DNA from: a virus
Taxonomy: Duplodnaviria > Caudoviricetes
Length of the DNA: 58,954 bases
Virus record (IMG/VR): IMGVR_UViG_3300012942_000004
Location: 1 to 58,954 of that record
Strand: one strand, 5' to 3'
The notes under the pieces were generated by a model, which was not told the origin of the DNA, made no database searches, and saw nothing but the letters and a program-made list of their open reading frames with translations. Positions 26,123 through 34,963 of this stretch are shown piece after piece. Position numbers and translations under genes: made by a program. Position 1 is the first letter of the stretch, and the number at the start of each line of letters is the position of its first letter.

Positions 26123-27694
26123 TTACTTCTTGTCCATGTCCCTCAGGTCGTTGGAATCACCAAGAGTGTTACCGATTCCTAGTGAGTCTCGGCCTTGTCC
26201 GTTCGCCTGAGAGTTTGAACCGTCCGTGGCTTGAGAAGGAACAGGCTCGCCGTTCTTGATCGACGCCTGCATCGTCGCAGCCGGATCGATAGACGACAAC
26301 TGCCACGAGTGCGAGTTGTTCGGCAACAGGTAGCCGTCCGGAACGCTCTTCGCCGTCAGGTCGATGTCCAGCATCGCAGCCAAGTGGTCGCGCAGTTCAT
26401 CACCCTCAAACAGGCCCGAGCCGAGTGCACCCAGGACACTCTGGGTCTGCCGGTACAGTGGGTCGTCGGACAGTTTCGGCCACACAATCGTGACCTTCTT
26501 CTGCCCCAGAAGTCGTAGGATGCGTCGCAGGAACAACTCGAAAGACTGACGCCTAGCCTGCACCATGCGCGTTGTCGGGTCGTCCAGTGCCGTAGCCGCG
26601 CCGTACGCCGCACCGGTCGCTCCCGGGTCCGCAAGGGCCGTCACGACAGAGATGCCCGCAGCAGACGCCGCAGCAGACGCCATCGGCCTGCCGTTGTCGA
26701 ACGACACGTCAGAGGCGCCTTTCTGCGCCACAATGTCGAAATCGCTACCGGTGACCGAGTTGCCCGCGGCTCCCGGGTTTCGGACAATCGACTTCGCCGT
26801 CGCCTGACCCTTTTCCGTTGCGGCCTTGTACTGTACCGCGATCATGCTCAACGACTGGGCGAACTTGTGCTGGAACTTCAGGTACGTACCATACCGCTCG
26901 GCCCACTGCAAAGATGCCAGGAGGTCTGGGACACCCCACGTCCAGCCAACCTGGGAGTTCACCTTGTCGATCACGACAATGGAATCCCTGTCGATTGCCA
27001 CGTTGTCGTTGAACTGTCCCCGCAGTGTGGCCTTGGTGAAACCGGCAGGAGCCATGTCCGTCTTATACCAGCGTTCCATCGGCTTCGCATTCGTGTCACC
27101 GGGTGTAGTCGTCGCCCAGGCGCGTCGCACGGCCCAGATGTCCTCGTTGTCCTCCGGGTTGGCGTAGTGTGCGGTGATCTCGAAGATCGGAATGCGGAAC
27201 AGGCGCTTGTTCTTCGTGTTGACGCCCATCACAATGTTCCCGTCCGAACAGTGGGCTGCGTTCAACTCCTTCAGCGCCTTCACCGAGAACAGGCAATCCT
27301 GGTTCTTCGGGTCTTCCAACACACTCGTGCGAAAAGTAGTCGGAACCTGCTTGAACTTGATCCCATCGCCGTAGATGTAATCGCCACGCACCTCGGAAAG
27401 CCGCTTCATCAGAGCACCTGCAACGATATGCGACCTCAGGTCGTCCGAGATGGACTTGATCGTGTCGAGTTCCAGGCCGTCAGCATCGTAGTCGTTGCCA
27501 CCATTGCCGTACAGAAGCATCCAGTTCGGCCCGAATTGGCGACCGTAGGACGCGTTCAACTCGCGCATTCCCTCGGTAAGCTGCGCGATCTCCTCGGTTC
27601 TGGTCTGGTTCACGTTAACCAGATTGAGCAATTTCTCCTCAAGGTCAACGATTTTTGCCTCTTTTTCAGAGATTTCTGCCCTTTTCGTAGCCAT
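26123..27694 (-). CDS. portal protein
   Basis: About 523 aa after terL; WGVPDL motif; ATG 27694 lies 7 nt from TAGAAT. Confidence 0.88.
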   Translation of the reverse strand: MATKRAEISEKEAKIVDLEEKLLNLVNVNQTRTEEIAQLTEGMRELNASYGRQFGPNWMLLYGNGGNDYDADGLELDTIKSISDDLRSHIVAGALMKRLSEVRGDYIYGDGIKFKQVPTTFRTSVLEDPKNQDCLFSVKALKELNAAHCSDGNIVMGVNTKNKRLFRIPIFEITAHYANPEDNEDIWAVRRAWATTTPGDTNAKPMERWYKTDMAPAGFTKATLRGQFNDNVAIDRDSIVVIDKVNSQVGWTWGVPDLLASLQWAERYGTYLKFQHKFAQSLSMIAVQYKAATEKGQATAKSIVRNPGAAGNSVTGSDFDIVAQKGASDVSFDNGRPMASAAASAAGISVVTALADPGATGAAYGAATALDDPTTRMVQARRQSFELFLRRILRLLGQKKVTIVWPKLSDDPLYRQTQSVLGALGSGLFEGDELRDHLAAMLDIDLTAKSVPDGYLLPNNSHSWQLSSIDPAATMQASIKNGEPVPSQATDGSNSQANGQGRDSLGIGNTLGDSNDLRDMDKK

Positions 27695-27704
27695 GGGAAC
27701 AATT

Positions 27705-29276
27705 CTACCAAGGGAAGTCGTCGTCCACGGCGTACTCGGGAAGCCTGTCCAGCACCTCCTCGGGTGCAATCACCTTACTCGCTCCCGGAAGTGGTCCGTC
27801 CAACCACGACAGGTCCATCGTCGCGTAGATCACTGCATCAAGGTGGTCAGGGGACTTCAGCCCCTCCTTACGCATCTGCCTCTTCGGTGTGATCTGCAAT
27901 GCGTTGCGGTTGTTGTAGTCGTATGTCTGTGCGATCAACTCCTTGCGCAGTTCATCTCCACACTCGTCGCCGTAGAAGTCCAGGTCGATCAACCCGGCGC
28001 TCATCTGTCTCAGGAAGTCGTCGTATGACCACGACTTCAGCCTATTCCAGCGCGTCTCGTCGGGAGAAGACCATGCACCCTTCACCATGACGAAATCGTA
28101 CGGCTTGGATGCGAACTCGTCCATAAAGCGCAGATTCTGGGCGACGCCACCACCCTCACCGGATGCGTCGATACGCATCTCAGCGGCACCGGTCTCTAGT
28201 GCCAACTGGTGAATCGCACGGGCACCATCCACCACGTTCATCTCGCCCCACGACTTCAGAAAGCGCACTCGGCCACCACGGTTGCCGTACACAATCGTCT
28301 CGTCGGTACCGCTGAGCGCAATGTCCACGCCCAGGATCAGCGGCTCGAACGGGTCGTCCTCGATCTCCGTCTCCATCGCCGTGTTGATCGCAACCTGAGA
28401 GAAGAACGTGTTGTCTGCTGCGTCCGGGAACTCCCCCAGCACTTTCGATTGCCACCGGGCGGAATCCTCGCCCCACTGCGCCCGCCACGACTCCACCGTC
28501 TCCGGGTCCTGCATGCCCGAGTGCAACATCGCGTACTGTCGCTCCGGCTCGTCAGGGTAGACGGCCTCGCCGGTGAACGTCGGCAGGTCGAATGCGGAGA
28601 TCGTGTGGAGCTTCCAGAACTTCTCGTTTTCCGGATTCAGCCACAGGTCGTGGAAGAATGTGCCGCGTAGGTCGGGATTTCCGATAGCCATGATCTTATG
28701 GTCACCACTACCGGTCGTCACAGCCTCCGCCGCAGTGAACAGGTCTCGGGGCACCGATCCGGCTTCATCGATGAACACCGCCGTACCACCGTCACGACGA
28801 ACACCCTGGAATGAGCCGACGATATCCTTGTCCTGTGGCTTGCGACCCACGGCGAGCGTCTGGCCACCGGGGTCTTTCCACTCAAGATTCTGGTTGATGT
28901 TCCCGGGCAGAATCAGGTCACGAGCCTTTGCCGCCGAATAGTTCATCTGCAAATAGGCGAACACCACAAGCTTGATGTGCTGCAATGTAGGCGCTGAGAT
29001 GATCGCAATGACCTCGCCGGGGTCGTGCACCGACACCCAGTGGCTCACCAGGTCTGCAACAAGGTACGACTTGCCCGTACCGTTCGCGCTCCGCACCGCA
29101 GTGCGCGGGTTCGAGATGTAGTCATGTGCGATCTCCGCCTGCTTAGACCACCACTTCTTTCCCAGGACATCGTTGACCCACGCCTCCGGGTCACGCTTGT
29201 ACAACACCGACCTGGACTTGCTGGCCCACTCATCCAGGACATCCGGAAGGATATCTGTTAGGAAGTTACTGCTCAA
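27705..29276 (-). CDS. terL: terminase large subunit
   Basis: Walker A SANGTGKS, Walker B FIDEA, IGNP, nuclease LGVDIA and SPDHLDA. Confidence 0.96.
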   Translation of the reverse strand: MSSNFLTDILPDVLDEWASKSRSVLYKRDPEAWVNDVLGKKWWSKQAEIAHDYISNPRTAVRSANGTGKSYLVADLVSHWVSVHDPGEVIAIISAPTLQHIKLVVFAYLQMNYSAAKARDLILPGNINQNLEWKDPGGQTLAVGRKPQDKDIVGSFQGVRRDGGTAVFIDEAGSVPRDLFTAAEAVTTGSGDHKIMAIGNPDLRGTFFHDLWLNPENEKFWKLHTISAFDLPTFTGEAVYPDEPERQYAMLHSGMQDPETVESWRAQWGEDSARWQSKVLGEFPDAADNTFFSQVAINTAMETEIEDDPFEPLILGVDIALSGTDETIVYGNRGGRVRFLKSWGEMNVVDGARAIHQLALETGAAEMRIDASGEGGGVAQNLRFMDEFASKPYDFVMVKGAWSSPDETRWNRLKSWSYDDFLRQMSAGLIDLDFYGDECGDELRKELIAQTYDYNNRNALQITPKRQMRKEGLKSPDHLDAVIYATMDLSWLDGPLPGASKVIAPEEVLDRLPEYAVDDDFPW

Positions 29277-29790
29277 TTGCGGCCCTAGAGTTCAGCCGCT
29301 CCGTCACCATCGGCAGCGCCTGCGCAATATACTCACGGAACTGCGCCTCATCGAACTCTGGATGTGAGCGAGAGTATTCCAGGATCGCACGCTCGTTAGA
29401 CAACGACAACGACTCCACGACCAGCACCGCCTGCGCCTTCGTCAGGAGCCGCATGTGCTCCTCGATGTTCGGCAACTCCATCTTCAGCATGGACTCCATG
29501 TTGTCCAGCAGCTTCGCCAGGGGTCCTGCGGCCTTCAGTCCGTCGAAACCGTCCAGCATCGAGTAAAGCTTGTTGTGCAGTTTGTTGATCTTGTACACCA
29601 GCATCGCGCGCTGCTCAATCGGGTTGTACTGCTGGGACGCCTCCGCCAAATACTTGCGAACACGGCGTTCCACCTCCTTCGGAGACAGAACATTGTTGAT
29701 GTCATCGGAGATTTCACCCCACGAAAGACCCTCCGCGGCCAAATCCATGATGCGGCGCTGAATATTTGAAAGGTTTATCTCCTCGCTCAT
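29266..29790 (-). CDS. terminase small subunit (putative)
   Basis: N-terminal HTH-like (GLSWGEISD), helical; overlaps the terL start. Confidence 0.7.
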   Translation of the reverse strand: MSEEINLSNIQRRIMDLAAEGLSWGEISDDINNVLSPKEVERRVRKYLAEASQQYNPIEQRAMLVYKINKLHNKLYSMLDGFDGLKAAGPLAKLLDNMESMLKMELPNIEEHMRLLTKAQAVLVVESLSLSNERAILEYSRSHPEFDEAQFREYIAQALPMVTERLNSRAAIEQ

Positions 29791-29844
29791 ACCAAAATTC
29801 TAACATTTTCGCTAGAATGCCCTAGAAAACGCTAGATTCCAGGC

Positions 29845-29927
29845 AAAGGAAAACCCCCAAGTGCGCATCAAATGAGAGGCGTGGGGGTTATGGGAAATGC
29901 CCCAACTCATCAGCATTGGGGCATTTC
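29845..29927 (-). ncRNA. candidate two-hairpin sRNA or double terminator
   Basis: TACTGT (29934-29939) 6 nt upstream; perfect 12-bp and 8-bp stems, then TTTTCCTTT. Confidence 0.45.
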
Positions 29928-29939
29928 TACTCTACAGTA

Positions 29940-30218
29940 TCAGAACTTGATCTTCTTGTCAATAATCACGACGTTCGCCATGTCATTGCTCGCCTTTATC
30001 GTCGGAGTCACCGTGGACGGGTCATTTTTGACCACCCCACCACTGGCAAGCTTTGTCCCAGGCTTGTCCTTGAACTTGAACTTCAGTCCACTGGACCGCT
30101 CAACCACACACACCTCGTGCGCATCCAGGTCGCCCTTGTAGAGTGCCACCATCGCCCTATTTGTCGCGTCCCCGATGTTCGGCGCCTCAATGGCGAACGT
30201 CACCTCGTACTCACTCAT
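29940..30218 (-). CDS. hypothetical protein
   Basis: Coupled small-gene run; GAGG upstream. Confidence 0.65.
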   Translation of the reverse strand: MSEYEVTFAIEAPNIGDATNRAMVALYKGDLDAHEVCVVERSSGLKFKFKDKPGTKLASGGVVKNDPSTVTPTIKASNDMANVVIIDKKIKF

Positions 30219-30468
30219 CCTCAATCCTCTTCTCTAGCTTTCGCTGCAACTTCTTCTGCCGCTTCTTCAACCACTTCAACTCCTTCAGAAGGTCCTCGTT
30301 TGACTCCTGCGCCTTATCGCGATACGGAATGGAGTTTCCGAAGTGTGGAATCGTCTCGTAGTCATTGCTACCCTCGTACGGGTGCGCACTCGCCGACGCG
30401 TTCACCCTCGGCTTGTACGTTCCGTAACCGTCCCAGTCGCCCCAATGACGCTGCGGATCAATCTCCAT
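30211..30468 (-). CDS. hypothetical protein
   Basis: Coupled small-gene run; basic coiled-coil end. Confidence 0.65.
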   Translation of the reverse strand: MEIDPQRHWGDWDGYGTYKPRVNASASAHPYEGSNDYETIPHFGNSIPYRDKAQESNEDLLKELKWLKKRQKKLQRKLEKRIEDE

Positions 30469-30613
30469 CAATCCACGCTCCGTCCTCTAGAAGTTCAATG
30501 TGAATACTCCGGTTCGGCCCCACTTTCACGAACACCACAAGGTTGTCCGGAATGTGCCGCTCAGCCAAGTACTCCTGAACCGCTGCAATCAGCTTCTGCG
30601 CTGCCGTGGTCAT
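30458..30613 (-). CDS. hypothetical protein (51 aa)
   Basis: Hand-translated MTTAAQKLIAAVQEYLAERHIPD...; fills the gap with an ATGA overlap. Confidence 0.55.
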   Translation of the reverse strand: MTTAAQKLIAAVQEYLAERHIPDNLVVFVKVGPNRSIHIELLEDGAWIDGD

Positions 30614-30918
30614 GCTTCCAGCCACAGGTCGTCAGCATCCGTCTTGTACTCGATCACACCAGAGTTCAGTCCTCGCACGGCAATGCCGGGATGCTCGCCG
30701 TTGTCCAGGTAGAACTTCCACGCCTCCTCGGCAAGCGTGTTCGCCCACCAGATCACCACGTCGGCACCTTCTACGCGACCCGGAATCAGGTCAGGAATGT
30801 CCGTCACAGAAACCCTCCTACGGTCGGCTGGTCGAACGTTCTGCTGCAGAATGTGCTTGGTCTCGGGATCGAACTCGACAACCACCGTCCCGATAACGCC
30901 CACCGCCCCGCTAGCCAT
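30610..30918 (-). CDS. hypothetical protein
   Basis: Part of ORF 30610..30960; start uncertain. Confidence 0.6.
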   Translation of the reverse strand: MASGAVGVIGTVVVEFDPETKHILQQNVRPADRRRVSVTDIPDLIPGRVEGADVVIWWANTLAEEAWKFYLDNGEHPGIAVRGLNSGVIEYKTDADDLWLEA

Positions 30919-31120
30919 CTTCGCCGTCCTCCTTCGTGTCCTCAAGGTCAACCGGCGCAAGCGGTGGCAACAGCACCGAGAACCCTCCCGCGGCGATCAG
31001 CGTGCCGCGCACCATCCCTGCGATCTCGTCGGCAATCGTCGGAAGCTTGCTCTCCTCCACCTGAAACGCCACGCCCCGCGTCACTCCGTCAACTGTAACT
31101 GAAACCTGAACTTCGCTCAT
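30911..31120 (-). CDS. hypothetical protein
   Basis: GAGGGAG SD, 69 aa. Confidence 0.6.
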   Translation of the reverse strand: MSEVQVSVTVDGVTRGVAFQVEESKLPTIADEIAGMVRGTLIAAGGFSVLLPPLAPVDLEDTKEDGEDG

Positions 31121-31313
31121 CTATCTCCCTCTCCGCAATATCGAACCCCCTCACAATCGCGTCCAACAAATGAGCGTCATGCTCGACCTCGAAAAAGCCG
31201 AACGGTTCCTCATCTCGCACGGACACTGACCAAACATCCGAATCCTTCGCGGACTCGAACACCCCCATCGTCAGTTCGTACGACTTGTACCCACGATTGA
31301 TCAGAAACAGCAT
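31089..31313 (-). CDS. hypothetical protein
   Basis: AAAAGGAG SD; first gene of the leftward arm. Confidence 0.7.
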   Translation of the reverse strand: MLFLINRGYKSYELTMGVFESAKDSDVWSVSVRDEEPFGFFEVEHDAHLLDAIVRGFDIAEREIDERSSGFSYS

Positions 31314-31341
31314 CGCGACTCCTTTTACAGAATCACTCTAC

Positions 31342-31758
31342 TCGAACAAATGTACCACTGACACATCGGAAAGCGCTTACCCTCGATGGAACACGTGTTC
31401 GGAAAAAAATTGCGAGGATGGAAACCCTCCACGTGGGACAGCTTGGAAAAATCTTGGCTCCCAATGTAGGGCGAAATGGAAAAATCTTGCGGATGCAGCC
31501 AATCCCGATCCGTGCGTTTCCTGGGAGTTTCAAATGAACTCTTTCACTACTTGCAAAGTTTTTCCCTTGCTTTCCTCAAATGCGTTTCGCACCCCCGTGC
31601 CGCGCACTGTCGAACACTTGTTCGATCATTTGTTCTATTGTCATTACATACGTATATATGCAACACACTCATACATCCGATCTTTGTGCACTGTGCACAA
31701 CTACGCATGTGCCACAGCCACGTGTGTGTAGTAACACTACATTAGAACATATGTTCGA
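31342..31758. promoter_or_regulatory. cluster of LexA/SOS-box-like palindromes
   Basis: TCGAACACTTGTTCGA 31610-31625 (perfect), TAGAACATATGTTCGA 31743-31758, TGGAACACGTGTTCGG 31387-31402, TCGATCATTTGTTCTA 31622-31637, TCGAACAAATGTACCA 31342-31357. Confidence 0.7.
31444..31489. repeat. 13-bp direct repeat TGGAAAAATCTTG x2
   Basis: Copies at 31444-31456 and 31477-31489, with a degenerate copy near 31401. Confidence 0.7.
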
Positions 31759-31938
31759 TTGGTAGCACCCGGCATGCAAGCGCTTACATCGTGCGAGCTG
31801 ACGCGCAGGAACGCGGTGGTGAGCGTGTGTGAGCTAAAGGGACGCCGCAAACACGCTTGGCTACCCACAACCATCGCACTGCGAACCGCGTGTGTATCGG
31901 TGTGAACCCCGCAATGTCTCGACACGCCGATACGTCGA

Positions 31939-31967
31939 TTGCTCTCGTGCTCAACTATGTGTACTGT
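31939..31967 (+). promoter_or_regulatory. SigA-type promoter for a leaderless ORF
   Basis: TTGCTC-N17-TACTGT, ATG 7 nt downstream. Confidence 0.5.
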
Positions 31968-31974
31968 CTGCTAT

Positions 31975-32088
31975 ATGGAACATTCACGCTTGTATCGCAT
32001 CATCCGTACTGCTGCGCGCGCGCTCGTGTACACGCTGCTTGCCGCGCTCATCTGTGCACTGCTCTCAATCGCCTCAATCACCCTGTAA
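31975..32088 (+). CDS. 37-aa membrane peptide
   Basis: Hand-translated MEHSRLYRIIRTAARALVYTLLAALICALLSIASITL. Confidence 0.5.
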   Translation: MEHSRLYRIIRTAARALVYTLLAALICALLSIASITL

Positions 32089-32097
32089 GGACACGAC

Positions 32098-32325
32098 ATG
32101 CTCAAGACACGTGTAACCATCGCCGCGCTCGCTACTGCCGTAATAGGGGCTACAGTGCTGGCGTGCACTACTACCGTGACGACACCTAGCGATGGAACGC
32201 CGGGCATCATCGTCACAACTCCGATATCTTCCGGTGTGGTCGACACGGCGGGATACGCGGCATCGATCGGTCCCGTGACCGTTGGAATCGACACGCGGGG
32301 CGCATGGCTTGACATTGCTCACTAG
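32098..32325 (+). CDS. secreted/lipoprotein-like small protein
   Basis: Signal-like N-terminus ending VLAC; AAGGA SD. Confidence 0.6.
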   Translation: MLKTRVTIAALATAVIGATVLACTTTVTTPSDGTPGIIVTTPISSGVVDTAGYAASIGPVTVGIDTRGAWLDIAH

Positions 32326-32367
32326 ATGCGAGACGATAGCAGGGTAGTAATCACAACCTAGACAAGG

Positions 32368-32766
32368 ATGGAAATCATGAACGTCGTCACACGCCCGACC
32401 GCCGCAAGCGCATTCGTGCCGCTGGCAGAGCGTAAAGTCTGGATCGATCTTCCCGTTTATCTAGCGGTTCGGATCGCCGATCTTCCCGATGGAACGTACA
32501 ACTTCAACGGGCAGACCGTTGTGGATGCCAACTACCGCAGCGGATACATTGTCGCCACCCAAAAACTCACCCGTGACTACATCCAGTGCCACATTTCCGG
32601 CGGTTTCACGTTCGGAGTGTGGCATGACAGCGAGGACGACGACCGCCCCTATCTCGACGTTGTGACGCGCGTGGAACGCGAGAGCACGGCGATTGCGCTC
32701 GCTCGTGAGCTTGGCGAGCTTGCAATCTGGGACGTGGCCAGCGCGTGCGAGATTCGGGTGTCGTGA
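32368..32766 (+). CDS. hypothetical protein
   Basis: FGVWHD..YLDV..AIALARELGELAIWD phage early-protein-like pattern. Confidence 0.75.
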   Translation: MEIMNVVTRPTAASAFVPLAERKVWIDLPVYLAVRIADLPDGTYNFNGQTVVDANYRSGYIVATQKLTRDYIQCHISGGFTFGVWHDSEDDDRPYLDVVTRVERESTAIALARELGELAIWDVASACEIRVS

Positions 32767-32978
32767 TGGGCGCCATAAGGATGTTTCACTTCTCGTGCGA
32801 TGCCGACATCCGCGGATTCTACGACTGTGAGATAGACACGGGAGACGAATGGTACGCGTCCGCCGCGCGTCAACAGGCCCTCAGCGACGGTTGGCACCTT
32901 AGCGGTAGCGAGATTGCCATCTGCCCGGCATGCTGGGAGCACGGGGCGCGGTTCAAGAACCTTAACCCCGACAACTAG
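32766..32978 (+). CDS. small Cys-containing protein
   Basis: CD...C and GW...ICPAC motifs. Confidence 0.65.
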   Translation: MGAIRMFHFSCDADIRGFYDCEIDTGDEWYASAARQQALSDGWHLSGSEIAICPACWEHGARFKNLNPDN

Positions 32979-33047
32979 TCGAAACGCCCGCTAGTCGGGC
33001 GTCGCGTACGGATTGACCACCTACGTCTGATGAGACAGGTCACAATC
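32978..33047 (+). ncRNA. type II hammerhead ribozyme
   Basis: GTC-GAAA-CGCCCG/CGGGCG-TC(cut after 33003)-GCGTA/TACGT-CTGATGA-GAC; loop I TGACC can pair with 3' GGTCA; intergenic. Confidence 0.85.
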
Positions 33048-33059
33048 AAGGGAGACACA

Positions 33060-33389
33060 ATGAAACTCAAGGCAACCGTACTCGCCGGATTCGTCGGCGT
33101 GGCAATCGGAATCTCTGCCGTAGCGGGTGTGGCGGCATGCTCGCCGGACGCGCCAGCGCCTACGCCCGCAAAGACGACCACTCCTGTCACGCATGACGGC
33201 GTAACCCAAGGCGGCGGAATCGGGGCGACGTACGACCCCAAAGAGGGACTTTGGTCGTACAGTGTCGGTCCCTGCCGGGATGAGTCTGACCAAGGTTGCT
33301 ACTGGGACGCGTCGATCATGGGCGGCGACAAGGGTCGCTCATTCGTCAATCTCGGCGGCGTCAAGTTCTACGCGGACGGAGGAAAGTGA
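33060..33389 (+). CDS. putative lipoprotein/secreted protein
   Basis: Signal peptide with VAAC lipobox-like site; PC..E....CYWDA..MG..KGRSF motif; AAGGGAG SD. Confidence 0.75.
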   Translation: MKLKATVLAGFVGVAIGISAVAGVAACSPDAPAPTPAKTTTPVTHDGVTQGGGIGATYDPKEGLWSYSVGPCRDESDQGCYWDASIMGGDKGRSFVNLGGVKFYADGGK

Positions 33390-33391
33390 CC

Positions 33392-33916
33392 ATGTACTAC
33401 TCAAGCAAGTACGGCGCAGGCCTTACCAACACACTGAACGCAATCCGGACCCTCCGCTCGTTCCGGGCGGCGAATCTGTCGGGTGAGAAATGGCCCCCGG
33501 GGGCGTCCGCGGCGTTCTACTACCTTTCGCCGCGAGAGCAGGACGCGTTCTACAATGACGCTCCGACCGTGGACTACGTTGTCTTCTCATACGGGACACC
33601 GATCGCGTGGCACACCAAGGATGGCGTATGGCACACGGTGGAACGCCGTTTCTCTCAGAGCACGACTTCTCACCAATCTACGGTCCGCAAAGCACTTGAG
33701 GGTAGGGGCGTGGATGTCGTCTCATTCCGCCCGCACGTGACGGAGCCGCAGGCTCTTCTGCTTTGGGCCGTCCAGCGCACCGGTGAGCGCGGCTATTTCG
33801 CGGCATCGCGGGAGTTGCCGATTCTCCGCAGGCTCGCCGCCAAGAGTCTTGTCGTAGACCCGGGCGGATACGGACCGTTCATCACAACGGAGTTGGGAGA
33901 CAGGGCACATGTCTAG
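33392..33916 (+). CDS. hypothetical protein
   Basis: YVVFSYGTPIAW...FSQSTTSHQ phage early-protein-like motif; GGAGG SD. Confidence 0.8.
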   Translation: MYYSSKYGAGLTNTLNAIRTLRSFRAANLSGEKWPPGASAAFYYLSPREQDAFYNDAPTVDYVVFSYGTPIAWHTKDGVWHTVERRFSQSTTSHQSTVRKALEGRGVDVVSFRPHVTEPQALLLWAVQRTGERGYFAASRELPILRRLAAKSLVVDPGGYGPFITTELGDRAHV

Positions 33917-34088
33917 CAAGTCGAAATTCGTCACTCTGACGCGCCGCCAGTCGCGTTCCGCAAAGTACGCGGCGGAATCCCTCGCGCTGGCACGTGTGAC
34001 CCGCGCGGGTCGAATCGTCAAGGCAATCGAGGCACATGAGGACATGCAAGAGCGCGTGACCGTCGAGACGCTGAGGGGAAGAATCTAA
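33909..34088 (+). CDS. hypothetical basic protein (59 aa)
   Basis: Hand-translated MSSKSKFVTLTRRQSRSAK...; coupled to both neighbours. Confidence 0.6.
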   Translation: MSSKSKFVTLTRRQSRSAKYAAESLALARVTRAGRIVKAIEAHEDMQERVTVETLRGRI

Positions 34089-34462
34089 TGCTCGACTCAA
34101 AGGACATCGGAGAAGTTGATGGTTTTTCCATCACCCTCTCGCTCGACTACGACCCGGACTTTCGTCCCACCGATTTCGATTGCTATACGCCCCGTCAGAT
34201 TGAGGCGTGGATGCAAGATTCATGGTGGTACGTCTACGCCCTTGTCACGGCATCTAAAGAGGGCATCGAGCTGGGGCATGCCGGTATGGGTGGCACCGAA
34301 TGCGGCTATTTCACCATCACTGACCTGGACGACAATTTCATCGATGCAATCCGTATCGATATCGATTCCATGGTCCGTGACAGACTAGACGGATACTTGG
34401 ACGACATGATCAAAGAGGCGATTGCGGAGGGCCGGGCGACCCTGGCAAAACTGACAGCCTAG
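34088..34462 (+). CDS. hypothetical protein
   Basis: 124 aa; TAATG coupling. Confidence 0.75.
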   Translation: MLDSKDIGEVDGFSITLSLDYDPDFRPTDFDCYTPRQIEAWMQDSWWYVYALVTASKEGIELGHAGMGGTECGYFTITDLDDNFIDAIRIDIDSMVRDRLDGYLDDMIKEAIAEGRATLAKLTA

Positions 34463-34547
34463 CGCCGTTGTAGGGGTGCCTATCGGTGAGCGCCATATCC
34501 CGGTAGGAATCCTGGCAATTACGCCACACAATTGAGAGGAAACTCAC

Positions 34548-34616
34548 ATGAAATTCACAAAGGACGCGCTAGCCGCGGTGGCTGAGCATTCGGATTTGGA
34601 TGGGGTGAGCGCATGA
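34548..34616 (+). CDS. 22-aa peptide
   Basis: GAGAGGA SD; MKFTKDALAAVAEHSDLDGVSA; ATGA overlap with the next gene. Confidence 0.45.
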   Translation: MKFTKDALAAVAEHSDLDGVSA

Positions 34617-34963
34617 CCATGTTCACCAGCGGCACGCAAGCTCGCGATGGCCGTACCGTCAATCACGACCCGGAGCCGTGGACGTGCGAGCACTGCGGAA
34701 AGCGGAGTGCCGTCGAGTGGGGACTAGACAGGTATGGCCGGACCTACGATCCGCGCCCCGAGTTCGCCGTGCTCGACAACCCGATTCTGGCGGCGTTCCG
34801 CAAGCGCGTCGCCTTATATTACTACGAGGAAATGTCTGTGCTTGCCGCGGCATGGCTCCGAGGCTCAGTGCTTACGAGAGTCGCCTATAACGCCGGAGCG
34901 ACACTGGAGCAGATCGACCACGCCCGCCGCGTCCTGTCCAAAATTGCGGGTATGTACGCATGA
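34613..34963 (+). CDS. hypothetical protein
   Basis: 116 aa with CEHC; coupled. Confidence 0.7.
   Translation: MTMFTSGTQARDGRTVNHDPEPWTCEHCGKRSAVEWGLDRYGRTYDPRPEFAVLDNPILAAFRKRVALYYYEEMSVLAAAWLRGSVLTRVAYNAGATLEQIDHARRVLSKIAGMYA

Noticed and set aside
29894-29927. CTGATGAG on the minus strand as a second hammerhead
   Set aside because: It sits in the loop of a simple hairpin, with no correctly placed GAAA, stem III or cleavage triplet
31285-31925. ORF-track calls in 31.3-31.9 kb and 35.4-36.5 kb
   Set aside because: No SD, atypical composition, and overlap with operator and repeat elements; treated as non-coding
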